Shown here piece after piece: positions 1-12,758 of a stretch of 64,000 bases of DNA. Each line of letters begins with the position of its first letter. The stretch's first letter is position 1. The position numbers and the translations under genes were made by a program. Source of the DNA: Octopus vulgaris (lineage: Eukaryota); assembly GCA_951406725.2 (NCBI GenBank), contig OX597815.1:1178001-1242000 (forward strand), written 5' to 3'. Under the pieces are notes generated by a model. It saw only the letters and a program-made list of their open reading frames with translations, was not told the origin of the DNA and ran no database searches.

Positions 1-183
1 CTTTATCTTTGCAATCTTTCATCTTACACAAGCCTGATCTTCTTACTTCTAATAATAGCAGTTCTAAATTCCTTCGAGTGTGAAAATAAAAAGTAAAATG
101 TATGCATCAATACATTTGTAGTGATTATTAAAAAGCTGCCTATCCATACTTACTCTTCCTTTTGACTCTTTTACTTTTTACTT

Positions 184-214
<31 letters not shown>

Positions 215-288
215 GTATATATATCTCCTATATATGTATATATATGTGTGTGTAGGAAAAACACCTGCAACAAGAATGGATCAAAATA

Positions 289-373
289 TCGGTACAATTG
301 TTTCGTACAAAGACATCTTTAATAAGGCTACAAAAATTGCAGTAAATATAGATGGCTCGTACTCATCAGCCGA
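289..373 (-). ncRNA. Type I hammerhead ribozyme (Penelope/retrozyme-type)
   Basis: Minus strand reads UCGG-CUGAUGA-GUACGAG...UUUGUAC-GAAA-CAAUUG-UA-CCGA: stem I UCGG/CCGA, intact core, extended stem II, palindromic stem III ACAAUUGU, GUA cleavage triplet. Confidence 0.8.
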
Positions 374-1004
374 AAAAACATCCGAGATTTCCAAACATCA
401 AAGGGGGTAATGTTACAATCGTGAAACATCATGGAGAGTTCTATAAAAGTGGAAAAAAGTGGAAAAAAGTGAATTCAATAGAACTCATTTGAATCTTAAT
501 TGTTTATATATATATATATATGGTTAAAAAAAAGAAAAAGTGGAGGAATACACTTGAACCAATAATCAACTACTGAGATAATACCCATGTATATAATTTA
601 TATATATTGGTTGTTTGTTTCCAATCTGTCATGGGAGATATGTCTGGTCACAGGGGGTTAGTGGCAGGAAAGGCATCAAGCAGCAGGAAATCTGTCTCAG
701 CAAATTCTCTCCGATCCATGCAAGCATAAAAAATGGACGTTAAACACCCTACCCATTCTCACCAATTCCACTATCATAATTTCAATAATATTGATAGATA
801 CCAAATCAATTAGTTAATTAATATTTATTCAGTTAATTAACATTAATAATCAGTTGTGAACAGAGTTTTTGTGTTTTGTGTAAGATCCTTCTCTTTGTTT
901 ATTCATTTTTTAATTTTTGTCTTTAATAAACTTATTTTGGCCAACATACCCCCACCCCCGTCTCCCCATCTTCTTGTTATTGCTTTGGTTCGAGGGTACA
1001 AGGC

Positions 1005-2436
1005 ATTTCTTACTCTTTTTACTCTTTTACTTGTTTCACTCATTTGACTGTGGCCATGCTGGGGCACTGCCTTTAATCGAGCAAATCGACCCCAGCACTT
1101 ATTCTTTGGAAGCCTAGTACTTATTCTATTTTTCCAAACCGCTAAGTTACAGGGACGTAAACACACCACCATTGGTTGTCAAGCGATTTGGGGGGGACAA
1201 ACACAGACACACAAACATGTATACACACATACATACATACATACATACATATCTATATATATAAAACTCAACTTGTATGTCTGTGTGTGTGTCTGTGTGT
1301 TTAACTTCCCGGCACATCTCCTCCTAGCCAACAAATCGTAGAACCACCAAAAATGGGTCACTTAAAGTTTAGGCGAATGAAAATTGAACTGCGCTATTTC
1401 TGTTCCGAAATTCATCTCGCAAGTGCAAAAATCGATAATGTGTGTTTAGGCCTTATCCCATGCATTGAATAGTGAACTTTACTCAGTCAGATGTTTGACG
1501 TGAACTGTGTTCACCACGCGTGCAAGCATGCGTAAATTGCATGAAAAATAAAAAATCAAGATATAAAAACGAATTGCCGTAAACATTGTAGAAATTTGGC
1601 AAAGAAATGAATTTCCGGGATATAGCCTGGAGGGTTTTTTCCTATTAATCATTTGGACTTTGTGAACACATACCAATTGTTTTCATAACATTTTTAACGC
1701 TTTGAATTAAATGTGACCATTTTGCGTTGAGTCTGCAGTTTGAATCACTTTAACCAAATTTTAGCAGGCCGGATTTTTGATCATCACGATACATCGCCAG
1801 CGACTCCCTGACACTCTCCCCTGAAATCCCCGTTGAGAAATCTATATATATAAAACTCAACTTGTGTGTCTGTGTGTATATCTGTGTGTGTGTCTGTGTG
1901 TTTAACTTTTGGATCTACCAAGTCTCATTATTAAGGATGGAAAGTAGTGTGTATCAAATCTATATATATAAAGCTGAAGTTGTCTGTGTGTGGCAGGTTT
2001 GGTAGCCTTCAACTAACACTATCGCCTCCGAGACCCTGCAGCGCAAGTTGACCAAAATTGAGAGTATGATAGAAGAAGGCTTGTTCTTCATTCTGTAGAA
2101 GATAAAATTCAAATCGGACCATGTTTACACCAAAAATTATTTACATCAAAAAGGTGCTTTTTTTCTATGAAAATCCCTATTTTTTACGATATTTGATTGC
2201 TGTGTTAGTATATATGTGTATATATATGTGTGTATGTATGTGTGTGTATATATGTGTATATATATAAGTGTATATATGTGTGTGTATATATGTGTGTGTA
2301 TTTTTCGGTGTATTTCAACTAGAAAAATGTTCACTTGAAGAGAATAACAAGTTGCATAATGCAAAATTTTTACTTTTCAAAAATTCCGATTCTAAAGGGT
2401 CGAAACAAACCCAAGCAACACTGGTTGATACTGCTA

Positions 2437-2473
<37 letters not shown>

Positions 2474-2635
2474 ACGGGATTCTTTCAGTTTCCGTCTACC
2501 AAATCCATTCACAAGGCTTTGGTTGGCCTGAGGCTATAGTAAAAGACACTTGCCCAAGGTACCATGTAGTGGGACTGAACCCAGAACCATGTGGTTGGGA
2601 AGCAAGCTACTTACCACACAGCCACTCCTGCACCT
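1005..2635 (-). mobile_element. tRNA-derived SINE family A copy split by a Helitron insertion (tail 1005-1245, head 2470-2635)
   Basis: Both halves match the intact copy at 25422-25865 (A/B-box head, AAAAGAGT tail). Confidence 0.8.
1252..2437 (+). mobile_element. Composite non-autonomous Helitron with three stacked 5' ends
   Basis: A|TCTATATATATAAA starts at 1252, 1841 and 1959; 3' CCCAAGCAACACTGG...CTGCTAG|T at 2437; no TSD. Confidence 0.75.
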
Positions 2636-2769
2636 ACATCATGTCTACATATTCAAATAGACATACGACTGTATACATATACACACTCACAGTCATACAT
2701 ACAGACATAGTCCTTCATATACATATACACCACTCATTCACACACACACACACGCATGTGATTAATGCC

Positions 2770-2980
2770 ATGGCCACCTGACTGGCTCCTGTGCCGGTGG
2801 CGCGTAAAAAGCACCCATTACACTCTCGGAGTGGCTGGTGTTAGGAAGGGCATCCAGCTGTAGAAACATTGCCAGATCAGAATGGAGCCTGGTGCAGCCT
2901 CCTGGCTTCCCAGACCCCGGTCGAACCGTCCAACCCATGCCAGCATGGAAAACGGACGTTAAACGACGATGATGATGATG
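2770..2980 (+). mobile_element. RTE-type 3' end / RTE-related SINE with (GAT)n tail
   Basis: GTTAGGAAGGGCATCCAGCTGTAGAAAC...GGACGTTAAACGACGATGATG; other copies at 62300-62475 (-), 660-745 and 32545-32597. Confidence 0.7.
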
Positions 2981-3116
2981 AAGTGCACATGAACATATAT
3001 ATATAAACACGTATACTTATACATATATATGCATACACATACATGTATACACACACACATATAGATACACATATATACACATACATACATACACATATAT
3101 ATACACATATATACAA

Positions 3117-3155
<39 letters not shown>

Positions 3156-3350
3156 AAAATTTTAATAATGAGGGAGATAAATTGAATATTAATTTAATTA
3201 ATATCAATTTAAAACCAGTGGCCTAGCATACAAAAAACAGAAAATTCTAATACATGTGTATATTTAAAGGGCTAAAAAACCACTAAGTGGTCAGCCGTAT
3301 GCTAGAAGTAGACCACCAATGATCAAACTATAAAGAATTTAGTCCTTTAC

Positions 3351-3383
<33 letters not shown>

Positions 3384-3539
3384 TACACACATATATATAT
3401 ATATATATACACATATATACACACACATATACACACATATACACATATACACACATATACACACATATATATACACATATATACAAACACATACACACAC
3501 ACATATATATACACATATATACACACACATATATACCCA

Positions 3540-4300
3540 TCTCTCTCTATATAAACGGCAGTTTGTCTGTCTGTGTGTCTGTGTGTCTGTCAGGTTGTAC
3601 CCTCACCCTGACCACGGCTTTCAACCGATTTTGAGGAAACTTGACACACACATAGCCCAATGTCATAATTCAAAACTAACGCAGCGAAAATTTTGAAAAG
3701 TTCCCCCAGTTCTGAAACAAATCGATAAATTCGACATGGGGTCGAGAATCTAAGCTTTTTATATGCAACACATTTTCTGTTGTAGTTTTCGCAACTTGCA
3801 ATCGATTTTCACCAAACTCATGGTGAAGCTTAATGTTACCCTAAGAAACTTAATTCTGTCGTTAGTTTTTCATGCAATACCTTACCATCAGAAAAAATCG
3901 ATAAAATCATGCCATTTTGGGAAATCCCGTTCAAATTAGATTACATATTTTCGACAATATCTTTCACAAATTGGCAGGAATTTTTTTTTAAATTCAAAGC
4001 GAGCATCATGTCTGGTCCAAGGAGCTATATGGCCCTTTTTATTCCAATATGATACTTTATTACTGGAAAAAATCGGTTAATTAAATCATATGTGGCACAC
4101 ATACAGCAAACTGATTTGTGTATTAAACGCAAACCACAGACTGTCTAGGGGACGCAATTGGTTGGGTTGAATTATCGATAGCTGTTTGATAGTTATTTGG
4201 GAGTGAAGAGAAGACATTTCAACCTACATATGCGCCTTCGTTCCCTAGAGGGAAAGGACTAGATAGGGATTATTTCCTTATGTGTTTACGGATGGTTGAA
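3540..4300 (+). mobile_element. Helitron 5' portion (3' end not seen)
   Basis: Starts TCTCTCTCTATATAAACGGCAGTTTGTCTGTCTGTG followed by CAACCGATTTTGAGGAAACTTGACACAC, typical of non-autonomous Helitron 5' ends. Confidence 0.5.
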
Positions 4301-4500
4301 TTTTGTGTGTGTGTGTGTATACATATATGTGGGGGTGTGCGTATGTGTGTATATATAGCGGGGGGAGCATGTGCAGGCTTTCATATTACATGCAGCTTAC
4401 GTCAGTTGTTCATGTATACAAAGTTGCATTAAACACACACATGTATGTATGCATGGAAAAATGTGTGTGTGTGAGTATAATATATATGTATGTGTGTGTG

Positions 4501-4541
<41 letters not shown>

Positions 4542-4683
4542 TATATATATATTTCTTCTAATATTCATATGCATCTTTGAATATATGAATATATATCTAT
4601 ATACACACATATATATATATATATATATCTCCATATCTCTCTCTCATATATATATATATATTTTTTGTGTGTGTGTGTGTGTT

Positions 4684-4721
<38 letters not shown>

Positions 4722-4722
<1 letters not shown>

Positions 4723-5227
4723 TAGCAGTATCGCCCGGCGTTGCTCGGGTTTGTAAGGGAAATAACTGTATAAGTATTTTTAGAGAGTTACTTCCCTTAT
4801 AAATTCGGGCTTTCTTAGCCATTTTTGTTTTGGTGTCTTCAAGCCATGAAGTCGTTGTTCTAAAAGAACGCTGGTTTCCTTCACAATGCATTACGACGTT
4901 GATTTCTTTACACTCCCTTCCCCACAGCTTCACGAGGGAGGGAAGGGGGAGAAGCAAACAGGTGCAGCTGTGAGCGTGGACGCCAACTCCGCCGCCATCG
5001 ACATACGATGCATTTTATGCATTAAAATGGAATAAAAAATGATGTTAAATTATTTTTAAAATCGTAGACTCATCGTTGACGCGCGCTAATAGTCAGACGG
5101 GCTCGATATGAATCACGACTATAAGATACCCGAATTTGGTTAAACTGCACCGCAAAATGTGGGAGGAGTTAGGAATCTAAATCGAAGGGGACAGACACTC
5201 ACACAACTAGAGTTTTATATATATAGA
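4722..5227 (-). mobile_element. Complete non-autonomous Helitron
   Basis: Minus strand 5' A|TCTATAT, 3' hairpin CCCGAGCAACGCCGGG then CTGCTAG|T; related to 26123-26523. Confidence 0.85.
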
Positions 5228-5244
5228 TATCAAAATGTGACCTC

Positions 5245-5435
5245 GGGTGTACCGTTGGCGATTTTTTCCCTCTGTCTTCCCTTCTCTGGATCTTTCCTTC
5301 TCCTATGTTTCCGACGAAGAGCTCCGCTCGAAACGTTAAACCCTCCTTCTTTCCTTCTTTCTTGAGCGTCCAATAATACTATATTTGCTCCACGTTCTCG
5401 CGCTGTTGTGTTTTTTTGTGCTTTCCTGTTTGGAT

Positions 5436-5440
<5 letters not shown>
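5245..5440 (+). mobile_element. Penelope-like terminal repeat carrying a minimal hammerhead motif (5307-5341)
   Basis: GUUU-CCGACGA-A-GAGC(UCC)GCUC-GAAA-CG-UU-AAAC; near-identical inverted copy at 33632-33830. Confidence 0.6.
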
Positions 5441-5472
<32 letters not shown>

Positions 5473-5552
5473 CTTCTAATATTCATACGCATCTTTGAAT
5501 ATATGAATATATATCTATATACACACACATATATATATCTCCATATCTCTCT

Positions 5553-5648
<96 letters not shown>

Positions 5649-5661
5649 TATAAAAAAAAAT

Positions 5662-5759
<98 letters not shown>

Positions 5760-6029
5760 TTACAGATACAGGGTGAAATATAATTAATTTAATAAAATCA
5801 ACAAATTTCACCTAGTAGTATTTCGGTATGGAAAAAGACCATATTCGGTGAAAAACTTATATAATTATAATAATTAGGGATTTTGCAACAAGTTGCTTGA
5901 CCACATACCTAAAATTTTAGAAATAGCAGCCAAAGGACTACTATATAGTAGTAAGTTTGCCTTTTTATTGTCTTCAAAAGTTTGTGTTTGGATAATATTT
6001 TTTATGTAAAAGTTGTGCAACAACTAATA

Positions 6030-6340
6030 AACACAAAATACATTCGGTTGTGCAAATTCTTTGCACGGGAAACCTGCCTTTGTGTGGCGTGTTTCCCCAT
6101 TTTCTAAATTCGTCTTCGGCTTTCCTCGCCATTTTCTGCTTTGAGCATGGCGCCTTCAAAGCCATGAAGTCGTTCTTCGAGAAGAACGGTGGTCTCCTTG
6201 GCAACGCTTACGACCTGTGTTTTCCCTCCCCTCCCCTTCCCCACTGCCTTCACGAGGGAGGGAAAGAAGGGGAGGAGCAAGACAGGTGCAGGTGCGAGCA
6301 TGGACGCCGACACACGAAGAATTGGAAGAACCCAGACGAC
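6030..6340 (+). repeat. ~310 bp dispersed module, copy 1
   Basis: Near-identical to 8345-8655; diverged copy inside the Helitron at 4800-5005; partial inverted copy at 8120-8192. Confidence 0.85.
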
Positions 6341-6349
6341 AGCTTCACA

Positions 6350-8115
6350 GTCAAACGACTACTACGGACAACTCTGCCACGACCACGACCACCACCACCA
6401 CCACCACCATCGCCGCCACCATCACCACCCATCACCATCACCACCACCACCACCACCATCACCACCACCACCACCACCACCACCACCATCACCACCACCA
6501 TCACCACCACCATCGCCGCCACCATCACCACCACCACCATCACCACCACCATCGCCGCCACCATCACCACCACCACCACCACCACCACCATCACCACCAC
6601 CATCACCACCACCATCACCACCACCACCATCACCACCACCATCACCACCACCATCGCCGCCACCATCGCCACCACCACCACCACCACCATCAGCACCAAC
6701 TCCACCACCACCACTACCACCACCACTACCACCACCACCACCATCACCACCAACTCCACCACCTACACCATCACCACCACCACCACCACCACCAACTCCA
6801 CCACCACCACCATCACCACCACCACCACCATCACCATCACCATCACCATCACCATCACCACCATCACCACCACCACCACCACCACCACCACCACCACCAC
6901 CACCACCACCACCACCACCACCACCACCACCACCACCACCACCACCACCACCAACTCCACCACCACCACCACCACCACCACCACCACCACCACCACCACC
7001 ACCACCAACTCCACCTCCACCACCACCACCACCACCACCACCACCACCATCATCACCACCATCACCAACTCCACCACCACCACCACCACCACCACCACCA
7101 CCACCACCACCACCACCACCACCACCACCACCACCATCACCACCGCCACCACCACCACCATCATCACCACCATCACCAACTCCACCACCACCACCACCAC
7201 CAACTCCACCACCACCACAACCACCACCACCACCGCCACCAACAACCCCACCACCACCACCACCATCACCACCACCACCACCACCACCACCACCAACTCC
7301 ACCACCACCACCATCACCACCACCACCATCACCATCACCATCACCATCACCACCACCATCACCAACTCCACCACCACCACCACCACCATCACCACCACCA
7401 ACTCCACCACCACCACCACCACCACCATCACCACCGCCACCACCACCACCAGCAGCACCACCACCACCATCACCACCACCACCACCATCACCATCATCAT
7501 CAACTCTACCACCACCAACTCCACCACCACCACCACCACCACCACCATCACCACCACCATCACCATCACCACCACCACCATCACCACCACCATCTCCATC
7601 ACCACCACCACCACCACCATCACCATCATCATCAACTCTACCACCACCACCACCACCACCACCACCACTACCACCATGACCATCACCATGACCAACTCCA
7701 CCACCACAACCACCACCATCACCACCACCTCCACCACCGCCACCACCACCACCATCACCATCATCACCACCAACTCCACCACCACCACCATACCAACTCC
7801 ACCACCACCACCACCACCACCATCACCACCACCACCACCACCATCACTACCAACTTCACCACCACCAACTCCACCACCACCACCACCACCACCATCACCA
7901 CCACCACCACCACCATCACTACCAACTTCACCACCACCAACTCCACCACCACCACCACCACCATCACCACCACCACCACCACCATCACCACCAACTTCAC
8001 CACCACCAACTCCACCACCACCACCACCACCACCATCACCACCACCACCACCACCATCACTACCAACTTCACCACCACCAACTCCACCACCACCACCACC
8101 ACCACCACCAACGCC
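6350..8115. repeat. ~1.75 kb imperfect (CAC)n array with ~60 bp higher-order units at its 3' end
   Basis: Direct reading; CAT/AAC/TCC variant units; about 5 repeats of the ACCAACTCC...CACTACCAACTTC unit at 7790-8110. Confidence 0.95.
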
Positions 8116-8344
8116 ACCAATTTCCCGTGTGTCGGCGTCGAGGCTCACACCTGCACCTGTGAAGCGTTGTCATGGAGACCACCGTTCTTCTCAAAAAAAT
8201 TCTAAACTTCGTATTCTTGTAGAATCTGTCAAAATAAAACATTTTTTTCTCTTGGCTTTATTCAGAAAATTCTAGAGTTTCTAAGATATTTGCTGTTTTT
8301 TCCTTCTGCAATTTCAACTAATCAATGACGTCTATTGCGCAACA

Positions 8345-8886
8345 ACCAATAAATACATTCGGTTGTGCCAATTCTTTGCACGGGAAACCTGCCTTTGTGT
8401 GGCGTGTTTCCCCATTTTGTAAATTCGTCTTCGGCTTTCCTCGCCATTCTCTGCTTTGAGCATGGCGACTTCAAAGCCATGAAGTCGTTCTTCGAGAAGA
8501 ACGGTGGTCTCCTTGGCAACGCTTACGACGTGTGTTTTCCCTATCCTCCCCTTCCCCACAGCTTCACGAGGGAGGGAAAGAAGGGGAGGAGCAAGACAGG
8601 TGCAGGTGCGAGCATGGACGCCGACACACGAAGAATTGGAAGAACCCAGACGACATGTTAACACCAAAAATTATTTATATCAAAAAGATGCTTTTTTTTC
8701 TATGAAAATCCCTATTTTTTACGATTTTTTGACTGCTGTGTCGCCATTTTTCGGTGTATTTCAACCAGAAAAATGTTCACTTAAAGAGAATAACAAGCTA
8801 CATAATAATGCACAATTTTTACTTTTCAAAAATTCCAATTCTAAAGGGTCGAAACAAACCCGAGCAACGCCGGGCGATACTGCTAG
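8345..8886 (+). mobile_element. ~310 bp module copy 2 joined to a Helitron 3' end
   Basis: 8655-8886 matches 2120-2437 and ends CCCGAGCAACGCCGGGCGATACTGCTAG|T. Confidence 0.75.
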
Positions 8887-9083
8887 TGTATATATATATA
8901 TATATACACATGTACATGAATTGCATCTTTTAACTTCCCTTCTATAAAAAGATGAAAAAGCAGCCGAGACAAAACTCTTTTGTTTCCCTTCACAAAACGT
9001 TCTCTTTTCTTCTTATAGAATTGAAAGTTCATATTAAGGTCGTGTGTGGTGGTGGTGGTTGTGGTGGTGGTGGTGGTGGTGGT

Positions 9084-9129
<46 letters not shown>

Positions 9130-9299
9130 TGTGCATGTATGAAACACGTGTGTGTGTGTGTGTGTAACCACGATGTGTTTGTATGTGTATGTGTATGTGT
9201 AGAATGTCTGTCCCTCCGTAGTGTAAATCAAAGAAAACCTCTTTGAACAACGACACCAGATGGACAAAAAAATGGCTCAACTTGATTGGTTTCAAATCT

Positions 9300-10200
9300 C
9301 ATTTGATTCTCCTCAGAGATAAAATGCTTTTAACATGTCCACACAGAGACACAACATCTGTCCTTCATTGTTTAAACACACAAACATGTCTTACAGACCA
9401 AGCTCACCTATTTCGTTTGCAGTTTCCTGCATTCAGTTTTTCTACCCTGCAGCATCACACTTCATACACAAGTCTCATACATTCTCCCTTCCACTTGAAC
9501 AGTGACCCCTTTGTTACCTGCAAAAGTAATAGCTCCCTGAAATTTCCCTGCTCTCTTCTTGCTCTGGCTACAATATTTTCAGAGCACCCATCTCCTCTTC
9601 TATTGAGGGTCACCCAGGTAAGAAAGGCTCTTAACTCCTTCTATGGAAACTTCTTAGAATTTCAAATAACTTCTTTCCCGAGTGCTACGAGTCCTGTGTA
9701 TGTGCCACATATAAAACCTTACTTTTCTATCATCTTGTCTGTGATCCTACTATATCTCTAGGGTACTCCTAATTTATATGGGGGACACTGTGTGAATGTG
9801 GCTGGGAAGCACCATGACCACTTCTCAGATGGTACCAGAGACATGTGTCCTGTTCCAAGACCTTTTGCTAGTTTTACTTTGAAGTTTCTCAATCTTTTGC
9901 TTCCATTTTTGGTATTTCTCAATCAAATTTTTAACAAATTCAACCATGAAAATTAGGTCGTTGGCACCCAGGACTTCCTGCAGACACTTGATCTTAAACT
10001 CTTCTCTTATGACCTGGAAAAGTCCCTAATGATCCACTTTCCTGCACACTAAATCCTTCACTAACCTCATTAGTAATTCTTACTAATTTCTGAGTCTGAG
10101 TATTTCCAGCTCTTTCAAAGCTAACCATCAACATCGAGATTTCTTAGCAACCACCAGACCACGGACTGTGGTTGCCTGCCCAAAACCTTCTCCTCACCAA
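9300..10200 (-). mobile_element. Highly degenerate RTE-clade LINE reverse transcriptase fragment
   Basis: Broken minus-strand frames give CLQEVLGANDLIF (YADD-region homologue), a YLGD motif and a KGRxY..C-like C-terminal stretch; many stops and frameshifts. Confidence 0.6.
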
Positions 10201-10476
10201 TGAATGTAATGGTGACAGTTAATTTACTGAAACACGTGTATGCTGATGAAGCTTAAGATACTAATTATGTTCCTTTGTGTTTATTATTACTACAATCCAC
10301 ACATTAGCCTATCCGGAGGTTTGGTAACCTTTGTCTAACCGTGATGGGTATAAAAGTGGATTGGGAAATTTTCTGCTGAGCTCCAAACATTTGATTACGT
10401 ACCATATATTCCAGTACACTTCTAGACAACATCACACATGCACACACACACGCACACATGCACACACACTCACACA

Positions 10477-10528
<52 letters not shown>

Positions 10529-10589
10529 TGTAAGAAGCGAAATACACCCATCAATGTCCATCAATGTGTATATAAGCCTAGCTCTCCAT

Positions 10590-10893
10590 TCGTTACGATG
10601 ACGAAGGTTCCACTTGATCCAAACAATGGAACAATGGAGCTCGTGAAATTAACATGCAAGTGGCTGAGAACTCCACAGACATGTGTAACCTTAATGGAGT
10701 TCTCAGGGAGACCCAGTGTGACACAGAATGGAACATGGCTGGACCCTTTTGAATTACAACATAATTTTTGCTGGCTAAGTGGAGTTGCATGAATTAAGTG
10801 TCTTGTTCAAGGATACAACACTGCATTGGGGATCAAACTTATGACCTTATGATCGTGGGGTCGAATACCCTAGCCACTAAGTCACCTGCCTCC
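10590..10893 (-). mobile_element. tRNA-derived SINE family C
   Basis: Similar to + copies at 43608-43872 and 58785-59095 (CTTAGTGG head, CTTGxxCAAGACAC core). Confidence 0.7.
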
Positions 10894-10945
10894 CCCAGTG
10901 TAAACAGATGAGTATATAAAACACACCACGCAGACGTAGAGGTGT

Positions 10946-11494
10946 ACCATATTTTAACGAGTATAAGGAACCCCTAATTTCGGGGGCTTAAAATTTGCAA
11001 AAACGGTTTTGTTAGGGATTATAATACTATTCATGTATAAGAAACTTCCATATTTTTTAACCTAATACATCTTAGAATATGGGGATCTTTTCACTTTGAC
11101 CGGCAGATTTAAAAAATAATTTTTTGTAACTAAACACTTTTAAACTTTGTATACTGATAGAATGTGTTACATAAAAAATCTTTTTCTCTTGGCGTTTTTG
11201 AAAAAATTCTGTAGTTTGTAAGCTATTTGTTGTTAAATTTCTCATATTTCGGCAATTTCGACCAATCAATGACGTTTATTGAGGTGAATACAATTACTGC
11301 TGCTGTTTGTCAACAAGAAGTTCCGGCTGTGTAAATTTCATTTGTCACCATTTACAGAATTTTCTCAAAAACGCCAAGAGGAAAAGATGTCTTATGTGAC
11401 ACATTCTACCAGAATACGAAGTTTAAAAGTGTTTAGTTACAAAGAAATTATTTTAAAAATCTGCCGGTCAAAGTGAAAAGATCCGAATATGGTA
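10946..11494. mobile_element. pogo/Tigger-like MITE (TA-CCATATT...AATATGG-TA) interrupted at its right end
   Basis: Short inverted termini flanked by TA; internal GTATAAG subterminal motifs. Confidence 0.5.
11083..11484. mobile_element. MITE with ~130 bp TIRs and perfect 8-bp TSD (Merlin-like)
   Basis: GGATCTTTTCACTTTGACCGGCAGATTT...AAATCTGCCGGTCAAAGTGAAAAGATCC; TSD GAATATGG at 11075-11082 and 11485-11492; GG termini. Confidence 0.85.
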
Positions 11495-12520
11495 TGCCTT
11501 CAAATATGCACATATAATCAACACATCTACACGCAGACACATATATACACTCACACAGACACATGTCTCCGTCTGTAAGCGATAGAGCCATGCGTTCAAT
11601 ACAAGAGACAATGGAGTTGTCTTGATATACATAATGACAGGATGGTCACCCCGGGAACACCTCTACTCACCGGTCAACTCAGTCCAGACTGTCTTGGGGG
11701 CGCCAAACAACAACAACAACAACACTAATATGATGGAGGTGAATGTCAAACCAAATCGTTTTTGGCAATTAATTCTGTTTCAGTTCAAACCCTGCCAGGG
11801 TACCACCGAATTTTCCTACAATCTCCTTACTGACACAATGAAGAGGTTCTTTGATATTTGTACAGTTTTATTATAGAATACAATATTAACAAGAAATAAA
11901 AGGGAAAAATGACAATACATGTGCACTTTAAATGTTGTTATGACTCTACCACGACGTAATTAGAGTGGGGTGGGGTCTTTTAACTCCTTGATAAAATTAT
12001 TGGGGTGGCCCCATTGTGTCTTGAGTACCCTGAGCCTTTAGCATTCAGATTGCTCTGGCAAATGTAGTTTTGAATTATCTCAGGGCTTTGAGATTTCGAT
12101 GATGTGATATTGTTTAGCTTTAGAAACACATTGTAGGGTTGGTGTGAGAGGCGGGATCTGACTAGTTTGTACATGAAACCGGGAGAATATTCGGGCCCCA
12201 GATATGGCTGGTTTGGGTGTGAAAGGATTAAACACATGACAGACCTCCTCCATCCCTTTCCAGGCATAAATACAGAGGGTTTCTTGTTAAGAGAGAGAAA
12301 GAGAGAGAAAGTGGGAGAGAGAGAGAGAGAGAGAGGGAGGAGAGAGAGTAAGAGAAAGAGAGAGAGAGAAGGAGAGAAAGAGAGAGAGAGGGAGAAAGCG
12401 AGAAAGATAGAGAGAGAAAGAGAGAGAGAAGGAGATAGAGAGAGACCCAAATATTGGAATGGTGTTTTATTTATTGATTCTGGGAGGATGAAAGGCAAAA
12501 CTAACCTGAGAGGGATTTAA

Positions 12521-12758
12521 CCCTTTCGTTACCAACCCGGCTGAAACCGGCTGAAACCAGCTGAAACCGGCACTGGGTTCAACTGTCTCCTTTTCATAAG
12601 TTTTGAATTAAAATCTTCCACCAAACCTTAGTCACAATTTATGTTCCTAACGATAGCTTAATGATAATAACTAAATTATTTTACTAAATTCTTTGTTATA
12701 TTTAAAATTAATTGAAAGAAACACAGAACATCTCAACAGAAATATGGTAACGAAAGGG
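12521..12758. mobile_element. piggyBac-type MITE
   Basis: TTAA|CCCTTTCGTTACCA...TGGTAACGAAAGGG|TTAA; inserted in a family B SINE remnant. Confidence 0.9.

Noticed and set aside
6050-8275. 741 aa Thr/Pro-rich 'mucin-like' ORF and overlapping poly-His, poly-Pro and poly-Val ORFs
   Set aside because: Open in nearly all frames because (CAC)n lacks stops; flanks are dispersed repeat modules; GTG start and no convincing signal peptide
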